This document shows, piece after piece, positions 1-12,846 of a DNA stretch of 64,000 nt. A program made the position numbers and the translations under genes. The DNA comes from Tricharina praecox (taxonomy: Eukaryota): contig NW_026250442.1 in assembly GCF_024521635.1 (NCBI RefSeq), forward strand, positions 62,001 through 126,000, given 5' to 3'. Numbering within the stretch: position 1 is the first letter of the stretch; every line of letters starts with the position of its first letter. The notes below the pieces were generated by a model. That model did not search any database and had not been told where the DNA came from. It saw only the letters and a program-made list of their open reading frames with translations.

Positions 1-2695
1 TATGCTCATGGGCCTCCTGTTCATAGTCACGATCCTCCTGTTGAGTTCTGTCGAGATCGAATTCATGGCGGTCCTTCTGGCTGATCGTGACATGTTCGAA
101 GTTCCCCGGCAGCGGCAGTCCGTTGCGTAAAAACTGGAGCTTCATATTTCTCGCTTTATCTTTGAGATTGACGTTTGTTCTACCATACAGCAGGGGTTCC
201 TCCTTCTAAACACCCCGGATTAATTAACCCTGTCTCCATCGGTGGTGGATAAGTGGATGGAATGACATACCGCTGCAATGAGTTGCCAATTCGTGCCATA
301 TTTCCCAATCATCCTGACAAGCATGTTGGCCTGCTCCTCCGTCCAAGGGTTCCTCCCTTTTCGTACCCCCCTCCTCTTGTTGGCTGTCCTGTTCAATTTT
401 TCGATTTTGTTGACCATTGAGACAAGACCATCATCCTCCGACTGTGGTGAGAGTGAACGCCGCGGGTGGGCTCCGACGTGCGCAGGAACCAACTCGTTTC
501 GGTGCATATCGCTTCCGCGAGCCGTAGAAGAAGCATTCGATGCCCGAATCGGCCTATTTTGAAGTCCATTGCTTCTGCGAACTCTTGAGGGACCGGCTGG
601 CATCTGCCCTACCGAAACCCCGGAAGTGCGTGCTGCTGAACCAGCAGAGGCTCGGCTACGGGCCGAAACATTGGAATGACGAGTGAGAGAAGCGCCCGCA
701 GACCGAGCAACAGGGATCGGATGTTGCTGTACCCAGGGATCTGCCTCCGCGATAACTTGACGTGAGCGTTTTTTGAGGACCCGATTCTCTTTGCGGTTAT
801 CGGCCTCAAACACTTCGTTGTCATCTTCGTCCTCGTCTAGAGTGCGGCGCCTCTTCTTGCCCTGGCCCTTTTCTGCCGCCCCTGAACTCCTGCGCGATTC
901 TGGATCCTGGGTTTCTTCAAGCTGCGTGTCAAATTCTATACGTATTGCGCCGGGCTGGGGATCAATAAAGCGACGCCTGGACGGGCCAGCAACGGATTCC
1001 GCGGCTTGGTTCTCTTTGTTGTTCTCTCTTGCGTGTTCAAAGTACAAGTTGAGAAGCTCCGCACCAGAGGGTGATGGAGATGAAGTATCGTTTCTGTCTT
1101 GTTGGTGTTCGGGTCTGTGTGTCTTGTCAACCTGGAGATGTACAGCATGGTCTTCCTCCCCTGCCATCTCCTCCTCTTCCTCCTCTTCTTCATCCGGGCT
1201 GAGCTCTTCCAGCTCCTCTTCCTCCTGCTCCAGTGCTTTGATCTCCCCAAGTCTGAAGGAAACCCTCGGAATCTGTTGTTTTCTGCCAGACGAATTAGAA
1301 TGAACAAGAAGTAACTACCATATAGACAACAAACCCTTGTTCCCGTCGCGTGGCTTTTTCCTCCGGAGCCGGAAGGGGTTGAATCTTTTTATCTTTGGCT
1401 TCCGGTAAAACTGGCGAATCTAGCTGTTCGGCATCTTGCGAGAAAGACCCAGCCACTGCATCCACGGCGGCCGCAATCCTAGCTTGTCGATTAGGGTCTT
1501 GGAGTAGGTGTCGGGAGTATGCTGCCATCTTGCTTGCAAAGTTATCCCAAGGATACTTCTCACGAAGTGCTCTCAATCCTCTCTCTGCGTCATCATGCCC
1601 CAGCAACCCGTACAGTTCCAGCTCCCTTTTTTCAGTCTCCTCCCGCCAGTGAGGGTACTTCATGTCACCACCAAATGGGAGCAGAGGTCTCGGGTCCTCC
1701 TCCTGGGCGTAAAATATTTGGTGGAGGAGATGCACAGGACTGACGTGTTCCTCGTCCTTATTTTTCCGAAGGGCCGCGATCAAAGTCTGGGTGCGAAGAT
1801 CCAGAACAAGGCCAAAGTTATCAGCTGTGATACTTTCACCGACCATTCCCGGGAACTGCTGGCCGAGCGCCCTCAAGTTCTCAAACATCTGATCCTTCTC
1901 GTGCGTAGCGGTGAAGATGAAAGTCGTGAGGACGGCAAGGTTTGCCTCATGTATTACCGGATCGTAGGCCTGAGATTTGAGAGCTCTGTGTATCACTTCG
2001 AGGGAGATGTAATCTTGCTTCCCAAACTTCGCCTTGGATTCGTCTAGCTTTTTCTTGGAATGCCGCAAACGTTGCGCAATGTGGCCAGGTCCCGAAAGAT
2101 GCCCTCGCAGAGTGGCCACATCGCGGTTGTCGTTCAGAAGCGACTTGAGAAGTTTCTCCGCATGGCTCGCCAGGTCCTCGAGTTCCATAATGTCATCCGG
2201 CTTTATGGGGGCGTCGTCCTCCAGAGCGATATCCGGCCTCGCGGTAGATTTTCGTTGGGATGGGACATGCTCCTCCTCTCGTACCGACGGTACTAGAGAG
2301 AGGTTAGCCATACGGGAAGACAGAGACATAGGATGTGTTTAGAGATAGTAGAGCATACGCGCTTTGTCTTTTTCTTGCGTAGCCTTCGCTTTACTGGGCG
2401 GAGCAGCAGCGCCAGTGGCAGTGTGGGTATTACTCCGCGATTTCGGGTTCTTGGTGTGCGATTTCTTCTCTACTGCCACCGAGTCCTCCTCCTCCTCCTC
2501 CTCCTCCTCCTCCGCTACAGGCGTTGGTTCTAGTTGTCTGCTCGGACTTCTCTTGCGGCCCACGACGCGCGACGATGTTTCGGCTGGCCGTGTTTGTCGT
2601 TCTGCGCGTGCTGTCTTGGATTTCTTTGTTGTAGCTGTCGAAGCTGGAGCCCGCTCTTCGGGCTCGACGGTTCGCCTCGAGCGCGTACCAAGCAT
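1..2695 (-). CDS. Telomere-repeat-binding-factor-like protein (TRF-homology-like central domain plus C-terminal telobox Myb domain; Tbf1/Taz1/TRF family); 3' end runs off the window
   Basis: ATG at 2695; introns 2293-2358, 1283-1334 and 206-270 join the ORF-track pieces in frame. The Myb domain reads RNPWTEEQANMLVRMIGKYGTNWQLIAA/KEEPLLYGRTNVNLKDKARNMKLQFL, with the telobox motif LKDKARN. Central LVLDLRTQTLIAAL resembles the Tbf1 TRFH region. Confidence 0.8.
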
Positions 2696-3304
2696 GCTGT
2701 GTTGTTAGTAGGTTAGTATCGGGGGGAATGGTTGCCAGTGATGTTGATGTCAATGATGTGTGACACGAACGGATGAGGCGCGCAATAGGCGATGGATCAC
2801 AACACAAAAATCACGTGATCTGTTGCCGTAGAGCTCGGTTGCCGGCGGAAAATTGATGAGATATCTACATATGCTATTACCCAATTATGTATCTGACTGA
2901 ATACTGAAGTAGCTCTAGGTTTCAGTACGTAGCATTGAGTAAATAGAGTCCTCAAACTTCCTGAATAGTGGTGATCGTACCCAGGTGGGGCCGCAAGTAA
3001 ACAAACACATGGTCGGCTCACAGCTTCTCCCGCTAGCCCCCACTCCCTATGACCCTGACCCTGAGATCCGGACTTTTCAGTAACGAGGAGTTCTGACAGC
3101 AAATCCACAGACCGACCGCAAAGCACTCATAAGGCGATCGCCTCAATTCACCCGCAACACCACCGCGATCTCTGAGTTCACGGCCTGAACCCACTGCAAC
3201 GAATCCACTCCTGCTTGGCGTCGAAGCACACCCCTGTCACCAACCCACCGCCTCCTTCCCCGCCAAAAGCCGAAGGCCAAAGCCCTTCCCACCAGTAACC
3301 ACAC

Positions 3305-3898
3305 ATGACGACTTACCTCTCCTCCTGGCTCCCATGGGGCGGCAGCGCACCTCCGCCCATGCCTTCACCAGCAGCAGCATCCCCTCCGCCGCCATCGCCT
3401 CCTCCGTCCGTACCACCGCAAGATGCACCATCCTCCTCCGCTGCTGCCCCGCCAATGAGCGAAACAGAGCGCTTCCTCCGACAACTGTCGCTCCCCGCTC
3501 TCGGCGGAGCCTTCCTTCTGATCTCATTGCGACTTACGCGGCGCTCCACGGTCCGGAGGAGACTGGCCATGATCCCGCCGTACTACCATCCCAACAATGT
3601 GGCGCCCATCAATCCGCCCAATGGGGCGCTCGATGCGGTGGAGGCACTGCAGCTGGCAACCCTAAATGTGTTCTCTGTTGCGATGCTGCTGGTTGGTGGG
3701 GGTGCGTTTGCCATGAACGTTAGCACGCTGGATGAGTTGAGGGCGAAATTCAAGACCACTGATATGGGAGAGGAGTGGGAGAAACAGCAGAAGGCTGCTG
3801 AGGAAGAGTTTGAGGAGTGGATTGTCAGTGTGCTTGCGAGGAAAGATTTGAAGGAGAAGGTTAAAAAAGAGGTGGAGAAGGAATTGGCGAAGAAATGA
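3305..3898 (+). CDS. AIM11: Aim11-like mitochondrial membrane protein
   Basis: Intronless 197-aa ORF with two hydrophobic segments and PPYYHPN...GALDAVEALQLATLNVFSVAM...NVSTLDELR, typical of fungal Aim11 homologues. Confidence 0.7.
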   Translation: MTTYLSSWLPWGGSAPPPMPSPAAASPPPPSPPPSVPPQDAPSSSAAAPPMSETERFLRQLSLPALGGAFLLISLRLTRRSTVRRRLAMIPPYYHPNNVAPINPPNGALDAVEALQLATLNVFSVAMLLVGGGAFAMNVSTLDELRAKFKTTDMGEEWEKQQKAAEEEFEEWIVSVLARKDLKEKVKKEVEKELAKK

Positions 3899-4127
3899 TG
3901 GGATATCAGGGAAGGATCGTGGATGGTGATGGATATCCAGGTCAGAATCTGAGATCTAGACGAATTCGCACAGGCAAGATTAGAAGTGTATGATACCGAC
4001 TGTGGGACTCTTGTATTATATTCCGTATACATGGAATACCTCGAAGAAAGGGGAAACAATGCCGCTCCCTAACACCATAACTCCGTGAAAAGCAAAGCAA
4101 AGTAAGCAAGCCAGCGGCACCGTATCG

Positions 4128-5044
4128 CTATAGCGACTCCGGATGCTCCCACTGTAACCTAGCAGCCAGCCCAGCCAGCTTTCCCTTCATCTGCCCTTCA
4201 GCCTCCGCATTTCTCGCCCCCTTCCGACTCTTAACCACCACTTTCACCACCTCCCCTCTCTCATCAACTCTGCAATTGGCCTCTGCCCCCGACTTCCACT
4301 TAATCACCAGCAGCGCGACCTCATCATCAACCTCGACAGTCTCAGCCTTCCCCACAGCAACCGCAATTTGCTTAAACCTCTCGGCAGCATCGACCCTCCT
4401 CCTCCATCTCCCAACCCTCCGATTGACCTCCCTCACGAACCTTGTAAGATCCTGTTTCCCCTTGGGCGGCAAATACCTCCCCGCCAGCTCCACCACCCCC
4501 AAAAATGCCGGCGCCGAGTGTCTCGCAACCACAAAAACCGGCGTCCCGCCCTTCTCGGTTGGCTTCAAGTCCACCAGTACATAAACCGGCGTCAAGAACC
4601 TCCTCTTCCCCCTGGAAAAGACTTCGAACCTGAGCCCCAGCAACGTCTCCCCCGTTGCCTCCCTTGCTGAAAATGTCGTCACACCGGCTATCCGGTACAG
4701 ATTGCTAAGCGTATGCGCAGTGATCGCCTTGCTGCGCGAGAGCGCGTACGAGAGGATCTTGGTATCTAGCGAGGCAGCTGCGTCGGCGCTGTCGGGAATT
4801 GTGGAGACTTGAGAGGCGCCTGGCGAGCTCGGCGGGGTGACGGGGGGCGCGGGTGTGAGGACTGAGAGTGTGCGTTGCGAGCGCAAACTATAGAGCCGTG
4901 TTTGGAGCTGGATGCGGCGCGCGGTGACGGCTTTGCCTGTTCCAATATTAGCATTTTGGTAGGAGAGAGCCTGGGACGGTAAATACTTCGCTCGTTGAGC
5001 TCAGTTGGGGTGAGGTTGGCGGTATCAACGCGTTGAGGAGCCAT
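4128..5044 (-). CDS. MCM21: Kinetochore protein CENP-O / Mcm21 / Mal2
   Basis: ATG at 5044, intron 4937-4986 splices in frame. Contains LYRIAGVTTF...LGLRFEVFS...FLTPVYVL...RHSAPAFL...QDLTRFVREV. Confidence 0.8.
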
Positions 5045-6339
5045 ACTGAGGTTTGTGGTGGACAGTGTTTTAGATGGTTTGTTTGTTGACCACCTACCGT
5101 AGGTACCTGTGTCTGGTGCCAAGCCGAACTACCGGGACATGCCGCTGCTTCATAATATATCACTCATATTTCTGCGTGAGACCGCAGGCGGCCAGGCGTT
5201 TTTGTGCCCCCGTAGGGACCTTTCAGTGCCAAAATCCACAGTAAAGAAGGCCCTTCGTATTCGCGGTTTTTGTTCCAAAACAACGCTTCATATATTATCG
5301 AACTTTAACCCAACGCCGAGTGAAGAACGACGTAGAAACTGTCATACTCAGGGAGTGTTCGAGCTGTCCCCCGCAGACGAACCAGCCAAAAATCTGGTAG
5401 CCACACCGATTATGTACTTAGATATAAAAAGATGTGTGTATGAAATCAATAGCGGATAACAAGATGGAAGATCCTCTCCTGAATACTATCAGTCTGTTCA
5501 TATTTTCACTCGATTACCTGATTATGGATGAGCCCCGGGTGTAGCGACTGTTTCCTGATTGAATCGGGGTAGTACTAGTCATAATGAAACAATCCGGGCC
5601 GCCCTTCTATCTCTCCCTTCCTTCTCTCTCTTCCTTCTCGCCAATCCACCTTTCCTCTCCACCTCCTCTCCACCTCCTCTCCACCTCCGTTCCATATTTA
5701 CTCTACCGAGCCCTCGGTGGCATTATCCCTTGAACATTTTACAAGTTTTGTTTTCTACTCCTACGACTTTTGCAAGTCCATGACCCATCCAAAAAACTAT
5801 ACAAACACAACTGCGGCCTAGAACCTTTTGTTTTCTACCTGCATCGGTATCCATGCCATCATGGATAGATACTATGGTCGGTCCGGACCATTTGCAGCGC
5901 CTTCCTGCTGTGGTCGGTCTGGACCATCTGCATCCCGTTCCTGCAAGCTTCAATCTTCCTTCAGTGATTTCTAGCTTGACCTTCCTTCCATCTCCCCATC
6001 AATGCCCCTGATATTGATACTAATGGGTAATAGGCAGTGACTGAGACTTCAGCAAACAATCAAGCTGCTGGGTTTCAGCACTGCGCATTGCCAGCAGGAA
6101 TATTGGGGCTCTGGTAGCGACGTTCTCACCGGGGTAGGTCCTTTCAGATGCTCCCCAGTTCAAGAGTAAATGCTGACATATTCTCTAGGTCTGAGAGGAA
6201 TCCTCAGGTCAACAGCGTGGTCTGCGGGTTGGAAGCGCATAAGACCACGCTGTTGTTCTGATGGCTTCTTTGCAGAGCTCATAGAAAGTATAACTCCCGG
6301 CTCGCTATGAATATACAGATATCTAACTACCTCTAGCAT

Positions 6340-7090
6340 GTCACTGAATCCCCATTACGAATGACGATCGCTTCACCGCCTGGCCTCCACTGTGTGGTGG
6401 ATGCCGGTGCCTTCTCAGTTTCTTCCAGGTCAGTGGAAGTGGGGATAGTAACGACGGCAGCGTCACGGACTGACCTCCCCTGTGTGGTGGATGTTCTCTT
6501 TTTTGTCCATTCATTAATTGCATGCGACCTGTCTGGATCATGGCAATAGTGTGTAGTGGATGTCGTCGCATTCTCGATTATTTCGAGTTTGTGGCAGTGA
6601 GGATGGACTGTGTGGTGGATGCTGGAGCCTTCTCAGTTTCTTCCAGGTCAGTGGAAGTGGCGACTCACTTTTTGCTGGTTTCTACTTTATCCTCATGCTA
6701 GGGACCTGCTATTGATTACGGCGATGTACTGTTTCTCAGATTGGAGCGAAGTTGTGTTTTATAATTGCCTGCTTTTCCTATCATGCTCTCAGATTGTGGT
6801 CAGGGTAGTTGCACTTCTTCTCACAATACGTTTCTGTAGATTATTTGTCTACGACCGGAGAACGGGAGGGATAATCGTTTTAGTAATGCACAAAAAGATC
6901 GTTATAAGATCGTTGTTAATCTATCTCGTGCTGATGTCTCTCTCTTTCTTTTTTCTTGCTTCATCGTATTGCCTTTCATCGCTTCCGATCAAGGCAAGCT
7001 ACAGTGCACACCTACATATCCCGTCTCCTTCGAGTTCTGATGGTGATGATGATATGAGCCAAATTCTGCAGAGGGAGATTGTGTGATGTC
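6340..7090 (-). pseudogene. Possible decayed coding or repeat-derived sequence
   Basis: One minus-strand frame reads protein-like but is broken by TAG/TGA/TAA stops that could derive from CAG/CGA/CAA. A 53-bp near-identical direct repeat lies at 6390-6442 and 6608-6660. Confidence 0.3.
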
Positions 7091-7392
7091 GAACTTTCGT
7101 TATGTCAGCCAATACATCATACTCTACCGCAACACCCATTCTAAACATTCACAGTTCAGATCAACTTCACATTCTCCATCACGTACGTAGTACGTACAGA
7201 GGATCTCCTCTGCCACAGACGAGATATTTCCAGGCAGTAAGTAAGTGATTGTTATGCTCCCAGCCGGAACTCGTATATATTATCTATTCAATCCACGCAA
7301 TGCAATGCAACCGGCTCTCCGCAAGCAAGCCATCACCAACGACAAGAAAAAAAATCAAATCCCCGCACAAACCAAATCAACTGGGGTATCAC

Positions 7393-9018
7393 CTAAACAA
7401 CTAGAATATCCTCCAACACACCCTCCAAGTCCTCCTTTCTGAACGGCGCCCATAGCACCTCCGTCCCCTGGCTGTCCTTCTTGCTGGTTACCATTTGGTG
7501 GTCCATAAACCTGCCGGTGTGTTAGCTTGGAGTAGGAGGGGGGAGGTGAAGGGGAAGGAAGAGGGAGAGAACGTACTCTTTAAGCAGGGTGCGGAATGCA
7601 ACATCGTTGCTGCAGATGAATTCCCCGACGGCGCGCTGGTACAGTACGCGGTACTCGACGCCGTACTCGCTAGCATCGCGTTTCTTCCCTTTCGCGGCAT
7701 CGCCATCCTCGACCATAGCCTGCAGCTGATGGCTGACGAGGATCCTGAAGAGGGATTTAGCGTTGTTGGGGAGCGAAGCGAGGACGTATTTCACTCCCTT
7801 GGTACCACCCGCTCTTCCTGCGCCATCGACCAGCGAGAGAACCTCGTCGACCGGGATCTCGACGGAATATGACTCGAAGGTGGTCGCGTCGTGCCAGAGG
7901 AAGTTGAGCTGCGAGACCCGTGCGGCATCCCATAGCAGCGGTGCGCGGATGTGGTCCACGCTCGCTACGAGGCTGATCTTGGGATGGGCGGCTAGCCTTG
8001 TGATGATGGCCTGTGACCGCTCCTGGCGAAGTGCCTCCCCGTCGATGTTGTGGAATACCAGCGTCATTCTCCCCGCCGACGGCTCGTCGAGGAGCGAGAG
8101 GAGGTTGCTCAGCATGTCGTTCGGCGAAGCACCGAGCTTGACGTTGTGATTACTGCCCAGCAGCGCGGTAGCGACGGTTCCGAGCACGTCTTTGACGCTG
8201 AGCGTGGGGAGGTATCCGTTCACCACGACGACGCTTCCGGGATGTGTGTAGATTTTCTCGGCGAATGCCATCAAAAGCTTGCGCTTTGACCCGTACCCGT
8301 ATAGAAGGATGTTGAAGCCCTGTGACAGCTCGAAGATCCACTGGTTGAACTGCTGGGTGTGGATCTGGTGTAGCCACTCTCGGTCCGGCACGTGATCGGC
8401 GGGGTGGTCGCGGAGCAGCTGGAAGTACATGCCGTGATCAATCTGCTTCAGCGAGGCGAGCGTGCTCGTCGACGTGTGCTGCCGTGTCTTGCGGTTCTGG
8501 TGGAAGTAGGATTCCGGGCCCTCGAGGGATGTCGGCGGCGGCGACGCCTCCCGCTTCTTCGCCTTTGCGCCTCTACCCGCCGCTTTGGCTTTTGGCTCCG
8601 GCTCCTCTATCGCGTCCTCCTCATCCGCATAGATCCTCCGAACCAGCTCGTCATCCCCGTCGTCGTCGTCGCCGTCTTCGTCATCGCTTGCTTCCACCAG
8701 GCGGCGCATCGACTTCCGTCTGGCGCTCCTGTCCGCATTCGTAACGACGTGTGGCGGCGACGCCCCCTCCCCCACCTCGGCGGTGAACCGCACACGATCT
8801 GCTCGCCTCGGCGTGGCAAGATTGGGGTCTTTGAGGATCGTCTTCCGCGGGGACGGCGACACTTCGCTGCCGGCGTCCTCGTCCCGTAGCCGGCGCTTGC
8901 TGGGCGTTTCTGGGGCGACGAGGAGCGTTACGGGTGGAATAATAGGGTTGGCAGCGGGAGCAGTATCGCCGTTCGTGTGCACGCCGGCGATAGCGGGTTG
9001 TTTTCGTTTCGGCGGCAT
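7393..9018 (-). CDS. ORC2: Origin recognition complex subunit 2
   Basis: Motifs QWIFELSQGFNILLYGYGSKRKLL, HNIDG, ASVDHI and FLWHDATTF. Intron 7511-7576 adds the terminal exon EFMDHQMVTSKKD...LEDILVV*. Confidence 0.95.
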
Positions 9019-10205
9019 TGTGGATGTTGTCGGTGCGAATGGTGAGTTGTGCTTGCTGGGAGACGCGTTTCTGTGGTGGACGTGATGGCTTGGCAGGCCT
9101 ATAGTAAATAGGTTCGGTCTTCCAGCAGGTCCTGATTCCCGCGAGGCAATCCTTGGAAAGTCTTCTCGAAACAGCTGTTTATCAATCTACAGATTCACTA
9201 TTTCCGCGGCCCTTCTACACTGAGATCATCATGACTGAGTCCGAAAGTGAGTGATATCTGATGCGAGTTGCTGTTTGATCCCTCCGCCGGCTTTGTGAAC
9301 GGGTATATACGACTACTAATGTCCATAGCAGTACATATCTATACTCCCCGATTGACACAATTGTCCGCGCTGGATCCACCACAGGCTCGAGTACGAAGTA
9401 TGCATGTACAAATATTGCAGGCAGAGCGGCTTTCCGCATGCACTCAAGTCGATTGGCTTAGCTTGAACCCACGTAGCTATGTAACCTTCCGTTCCCCATG
9501 GCCGCCGAAGTCTTTCACCGCTCTCCACCCCCACTACGGCCGCTATCAACTCGGTGAGCCGTAATGCATCCGTTGTGGGTAGGTAGATAAGTATCGTACG
9601 TAGGGTTGTGGACACTTCTGAGCTCCCCTGTCACGACGGTGGAGTTGGGCGCAGTCAGCAGTGCGGATAGGAGGCAGAGGAAGGACAGAACGAGCGTCTC
9701 TACAGAAGAGCAAGAAAGGAGGAACATGAGTTTGATGTGCATTTTATATGCTCGGTATAGGGCATAAATTCACTTTATTCACCACCTTCCGGCTGCGTCT
9801 TCTGTGTTTCTCCTTTGTGGTTGAAACCCCCTGGTGCCCAATAGGAGAGTCGAGCCAGTCAGACTTCGCCCCCCCGTCCGCATCGGTACGTCGAACAGCC
9901 AATATATTTTATTGGCGAGACCCACTTCCACGACCACGTTATTCGTCCTCCATCCAACTCCTTCCCCTCAACGCCTCCTGAACAATCAACCCGACCCAAA
10001 CCACCTCAACTCCGTTCCACTTCACCGTCCAGGCAGACGAGCAACCGACAGCAGCTCCCTGTACAGTGCACCTAGTCCCGCGACCGAGAACGAGAAAGGG
10101 AAAGAAGCTTCGTACCTTCTTTTCTGCTTTCGTCTCGTTGTTAAAGTTCGACTCGCTCCTCCTTACATACCCACACGCCCGCACACCCATCCGCACTGCA
10201 ACAAG

Positions 10206-11720
10206 ATGCTTCTACCAAAATCCACCGCCGCCGCCGCGCCATTACTGCTCTTGCTAGCAGTCGCCGCCCAAGCGGCCATTATCCCTCCCGTCGCTGAGGT
10301 GGCCACAGCAGCAGCCGCCGCCGTAGCATCGATTCCCACGACCGCAGCAGAGGTAGCAGCCGCCGCCGCGCTCAACAAGGAACCTGGCAGCGTGGATGCG
10401 CCCGTCGACGGACTCGACGGGAAACCTCACGATGGCCCCGGCCTACGAGAAACCAGAGAGAAGGGGACCGGCAAGGTGGGCATCTCCGGGGGCTCGTTGC
10501 ACGTAGATATAAAGAACCCACCGCCGCATACGGGCGACCATGAGATCGTTGATATTATTGCTCCTAATGATGGGGATGAGCCCACGGTTTGTTTAATCTT
10601 AGCCCTCCACCCCACGACGCGCGGGGCACATTGGATTGACGATCTACGTAGGAGGCTCCGGTGGAGATCGACGAGAAGACCGGGAAGGTCAAGTCGCCGC
10701 CCACGACACCCGGCGCCCCCGTATCCGATCACGAACACAAGGAATACGTACAACCCGGCACCGACACGATGAAGGACCCTCCGGTCGACGCGCCGTTGCA
10801 TCTGTCTCCCGTCGACCCGGCCGGCGAAGGATCGTCCATCTCGCAGCCCATGCACTCGTTCGGCCTTAGTTTCCTGATGATCATCTTCTCGGAGATCGGT
10901 GACAAGACGTTCCTGATCGCGGCGTTGATGGCCATGAAGCACCCGCGGATAGTCGTCTTCACCGCGGCGTTGTCATCGCTCATCGTCATGTCCATCCTGT
11001 CGGCAGTCCTCGGCCACGCAGTGCCCACCCTGATCCCCAAGCACCTTACCGCCTTCCTCGCCGGAGGGCTGTTTTTGGTTTTCGGCGCGAAGATGATCAA
11101 GGAGGGCCTGGAAATGGAGAAGGGCACAGGCAACGTGCAGCACGAGATGGCCGAGGTCGAAGCCGAGCTGCAAGAGAAATCGCGCAACCGCGCCTCGTCC
11201 CTCTCCCGAAAACTCGAGTCCGGCACTCTTGCACCCTCGCGGTCACACTCTCTCCGCCGCAACACCTCCTCCCCTTCCCTCTCCGACTCGGACGAGGACG
11301 ATTACGCGTCCGCACGCGGAACGGGCAAGGGCAAGAAGATGGGCATGCTCGAGGGCGTCCAGAACCTGGCGGGCCTGCTGCTCTCCCCCGCGTGGGTGCA
11401 GACATTCATCATGACGTTCCTGGGCGAGTGGGGCGACCGCAGCCAGATCGCCACGATTGCTATGGCTGCTGGGCAAGATTATTGGTATGTTACTATTGGT
11501 GCCATTTCGGGGCACACTATTTGCACCGGAATTGCGGTTATTGGAGGTCGGATGCTGGCATCGAGGATTAGTGTCAGGAATGGTGAGCCTCCCCACCCCC
11601 CATCATTTATACCGTCAACTGGCAAATTACTAACGAAACGGAACCACAGTAACCCTCGGCGGCGCGGTTGCCTTTTTGGTATTCGGAGTGCTGTACCTGG
11701 CCGAGGCCATCTACGCCTGA
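10206..11720 (+). CDS. GDT1: Gdt1/TMEM165 (UPF0016) Ca2+/Mn2+ transporter
   Basis: Signal-peptide-like N-terminus and two UPF0016 motifs (SEIGDKT, EWGDRSQ). Introns at about 10587-10652 and 11583-11649; stop at 11718-11720. Confidence 0.95.
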
Positions 11721-12234
11721 TTCTACGCCTGATCATGCCGTACCGTACCGTATCGTACCGTATCCCTTTCTTCAACGATGGTCTGCTTTCGGCGAAGCCG
11801 CCGTTAATTTAGACGAGTGCGTGCGTGTGTGTGGGGAAAAAAATAATAGTAGTCTGTAGTGATGTTTGTTTCTTCTTCACTTCACCGTTTCGGTTCTTCT
11901 GTGTATATAGGGGCTTATACTTGTACTCTTTTTTTGATGATTGGAACTCTAGTAGAGTAAGTACTAGGTCGCCGCGTGAGATGGTGGGGCGATGTCGTAA
12001 ATCGATTACCTGGTCATCGACGTGCCACTGACGGGTTTAATTCTTCATGAGAATCATTTCTATGATACGTACTGCCAAAATTTATCTGTGATGGTAATGC
12101 TGTCCAGACAAGCCGAGTATGTAGCGGCATTCCCATGCGTCGAAAGAACGAGCCTTCAGTTCTACCAGAGTGACCCACCCGTTGCTACTAGTAGTGATGG
12201 GTGAAAAGCAAAAGAAAAAAGCCAAAAAAGATAG

Positions 12235-12333
12235 CGACAACGACAAGATTCGAACTTGCGCGGGCGAACCCATATGATATCTGCAACTGAAGAGTATTCG
12301 AGTCATACTCCTTAACCACTCGGACACGTTGCC
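12235..12333 (-). tRNA. tRNA-Ser(CGA) with intron
   Basis: Acceptor stem GGCAACG/CGTTGTC, D arm TCCGAGTGGTTAAGGA, anticodon arm TATGA-CT-CGA-A, intron of about 18 nt, long variable arm, T arm GCAAG-TTCGAAT-CTTGT, discriminator G. A T-run Pol III terminator follows. Confidence 0.93.
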
Positions 12334-12846
12334 ATATAATGTGTTGGTAAATGTAAAGCGAGTATCAGACAGGAAGCTATGGCATGCGAGTGTGGTTTTT
12401 ATTGGATTGGAACTTGGATTCATATCGTAGCGGGTGTTGGACTAGGTCTTCCCGCTGCGTCATGGGGTTATTCAGTGGGGTATAATAGTTGTCGCTAGCT
12501 TTACTGTTGTGGGTAAGGGGTGCACTACATGGGGGGTGAGGACTCTTGTCGGCTCGTGTTCATGGGCGGTCACTCTACAGCTGCTGTCACTTTGGCGGGC
12601 GAGATACTCTGTTCGTCGGTAGTGCTAGTGTATAGCTCGTCCATCTTCAATTGGCGTAGGCAGATCATGGGAAAAGGACGCGCCCATAAGGTACACCATA
12701 CACCATACCACCATACACCGCTCCACCGCTGACAGTAGGTAGGGTGGAACCGGATTTGTACTCAGCCATGATCTACTAAATGCGAATGCTGTGCTGATCA
12801 AAAAACTGCTCCACCGCCGGCCATACCAATCCGGCATTCTACCCAC

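Noticed and set aside
6185..6255. Helitron 3' end (hairpin plus CTAG)
   Set aside because: The CTAG is about 22 nt from the hairpin and is followed by A rather than T, and no matching 5' TC end was identified.
1..9018. Functional chromosome-maintenance cluster (telobox protein, CENP-O, ORC2)
   Set aside because: Interrupted by unrelated AIM11, with no evidence of co-regulation; likely chance adjacency.
12235..12333. Code-reassigning Ser tRNA (CAG anticodon)
   Set aside because: The anticodon reads CGA, a standard Ser(UCG) decoder.
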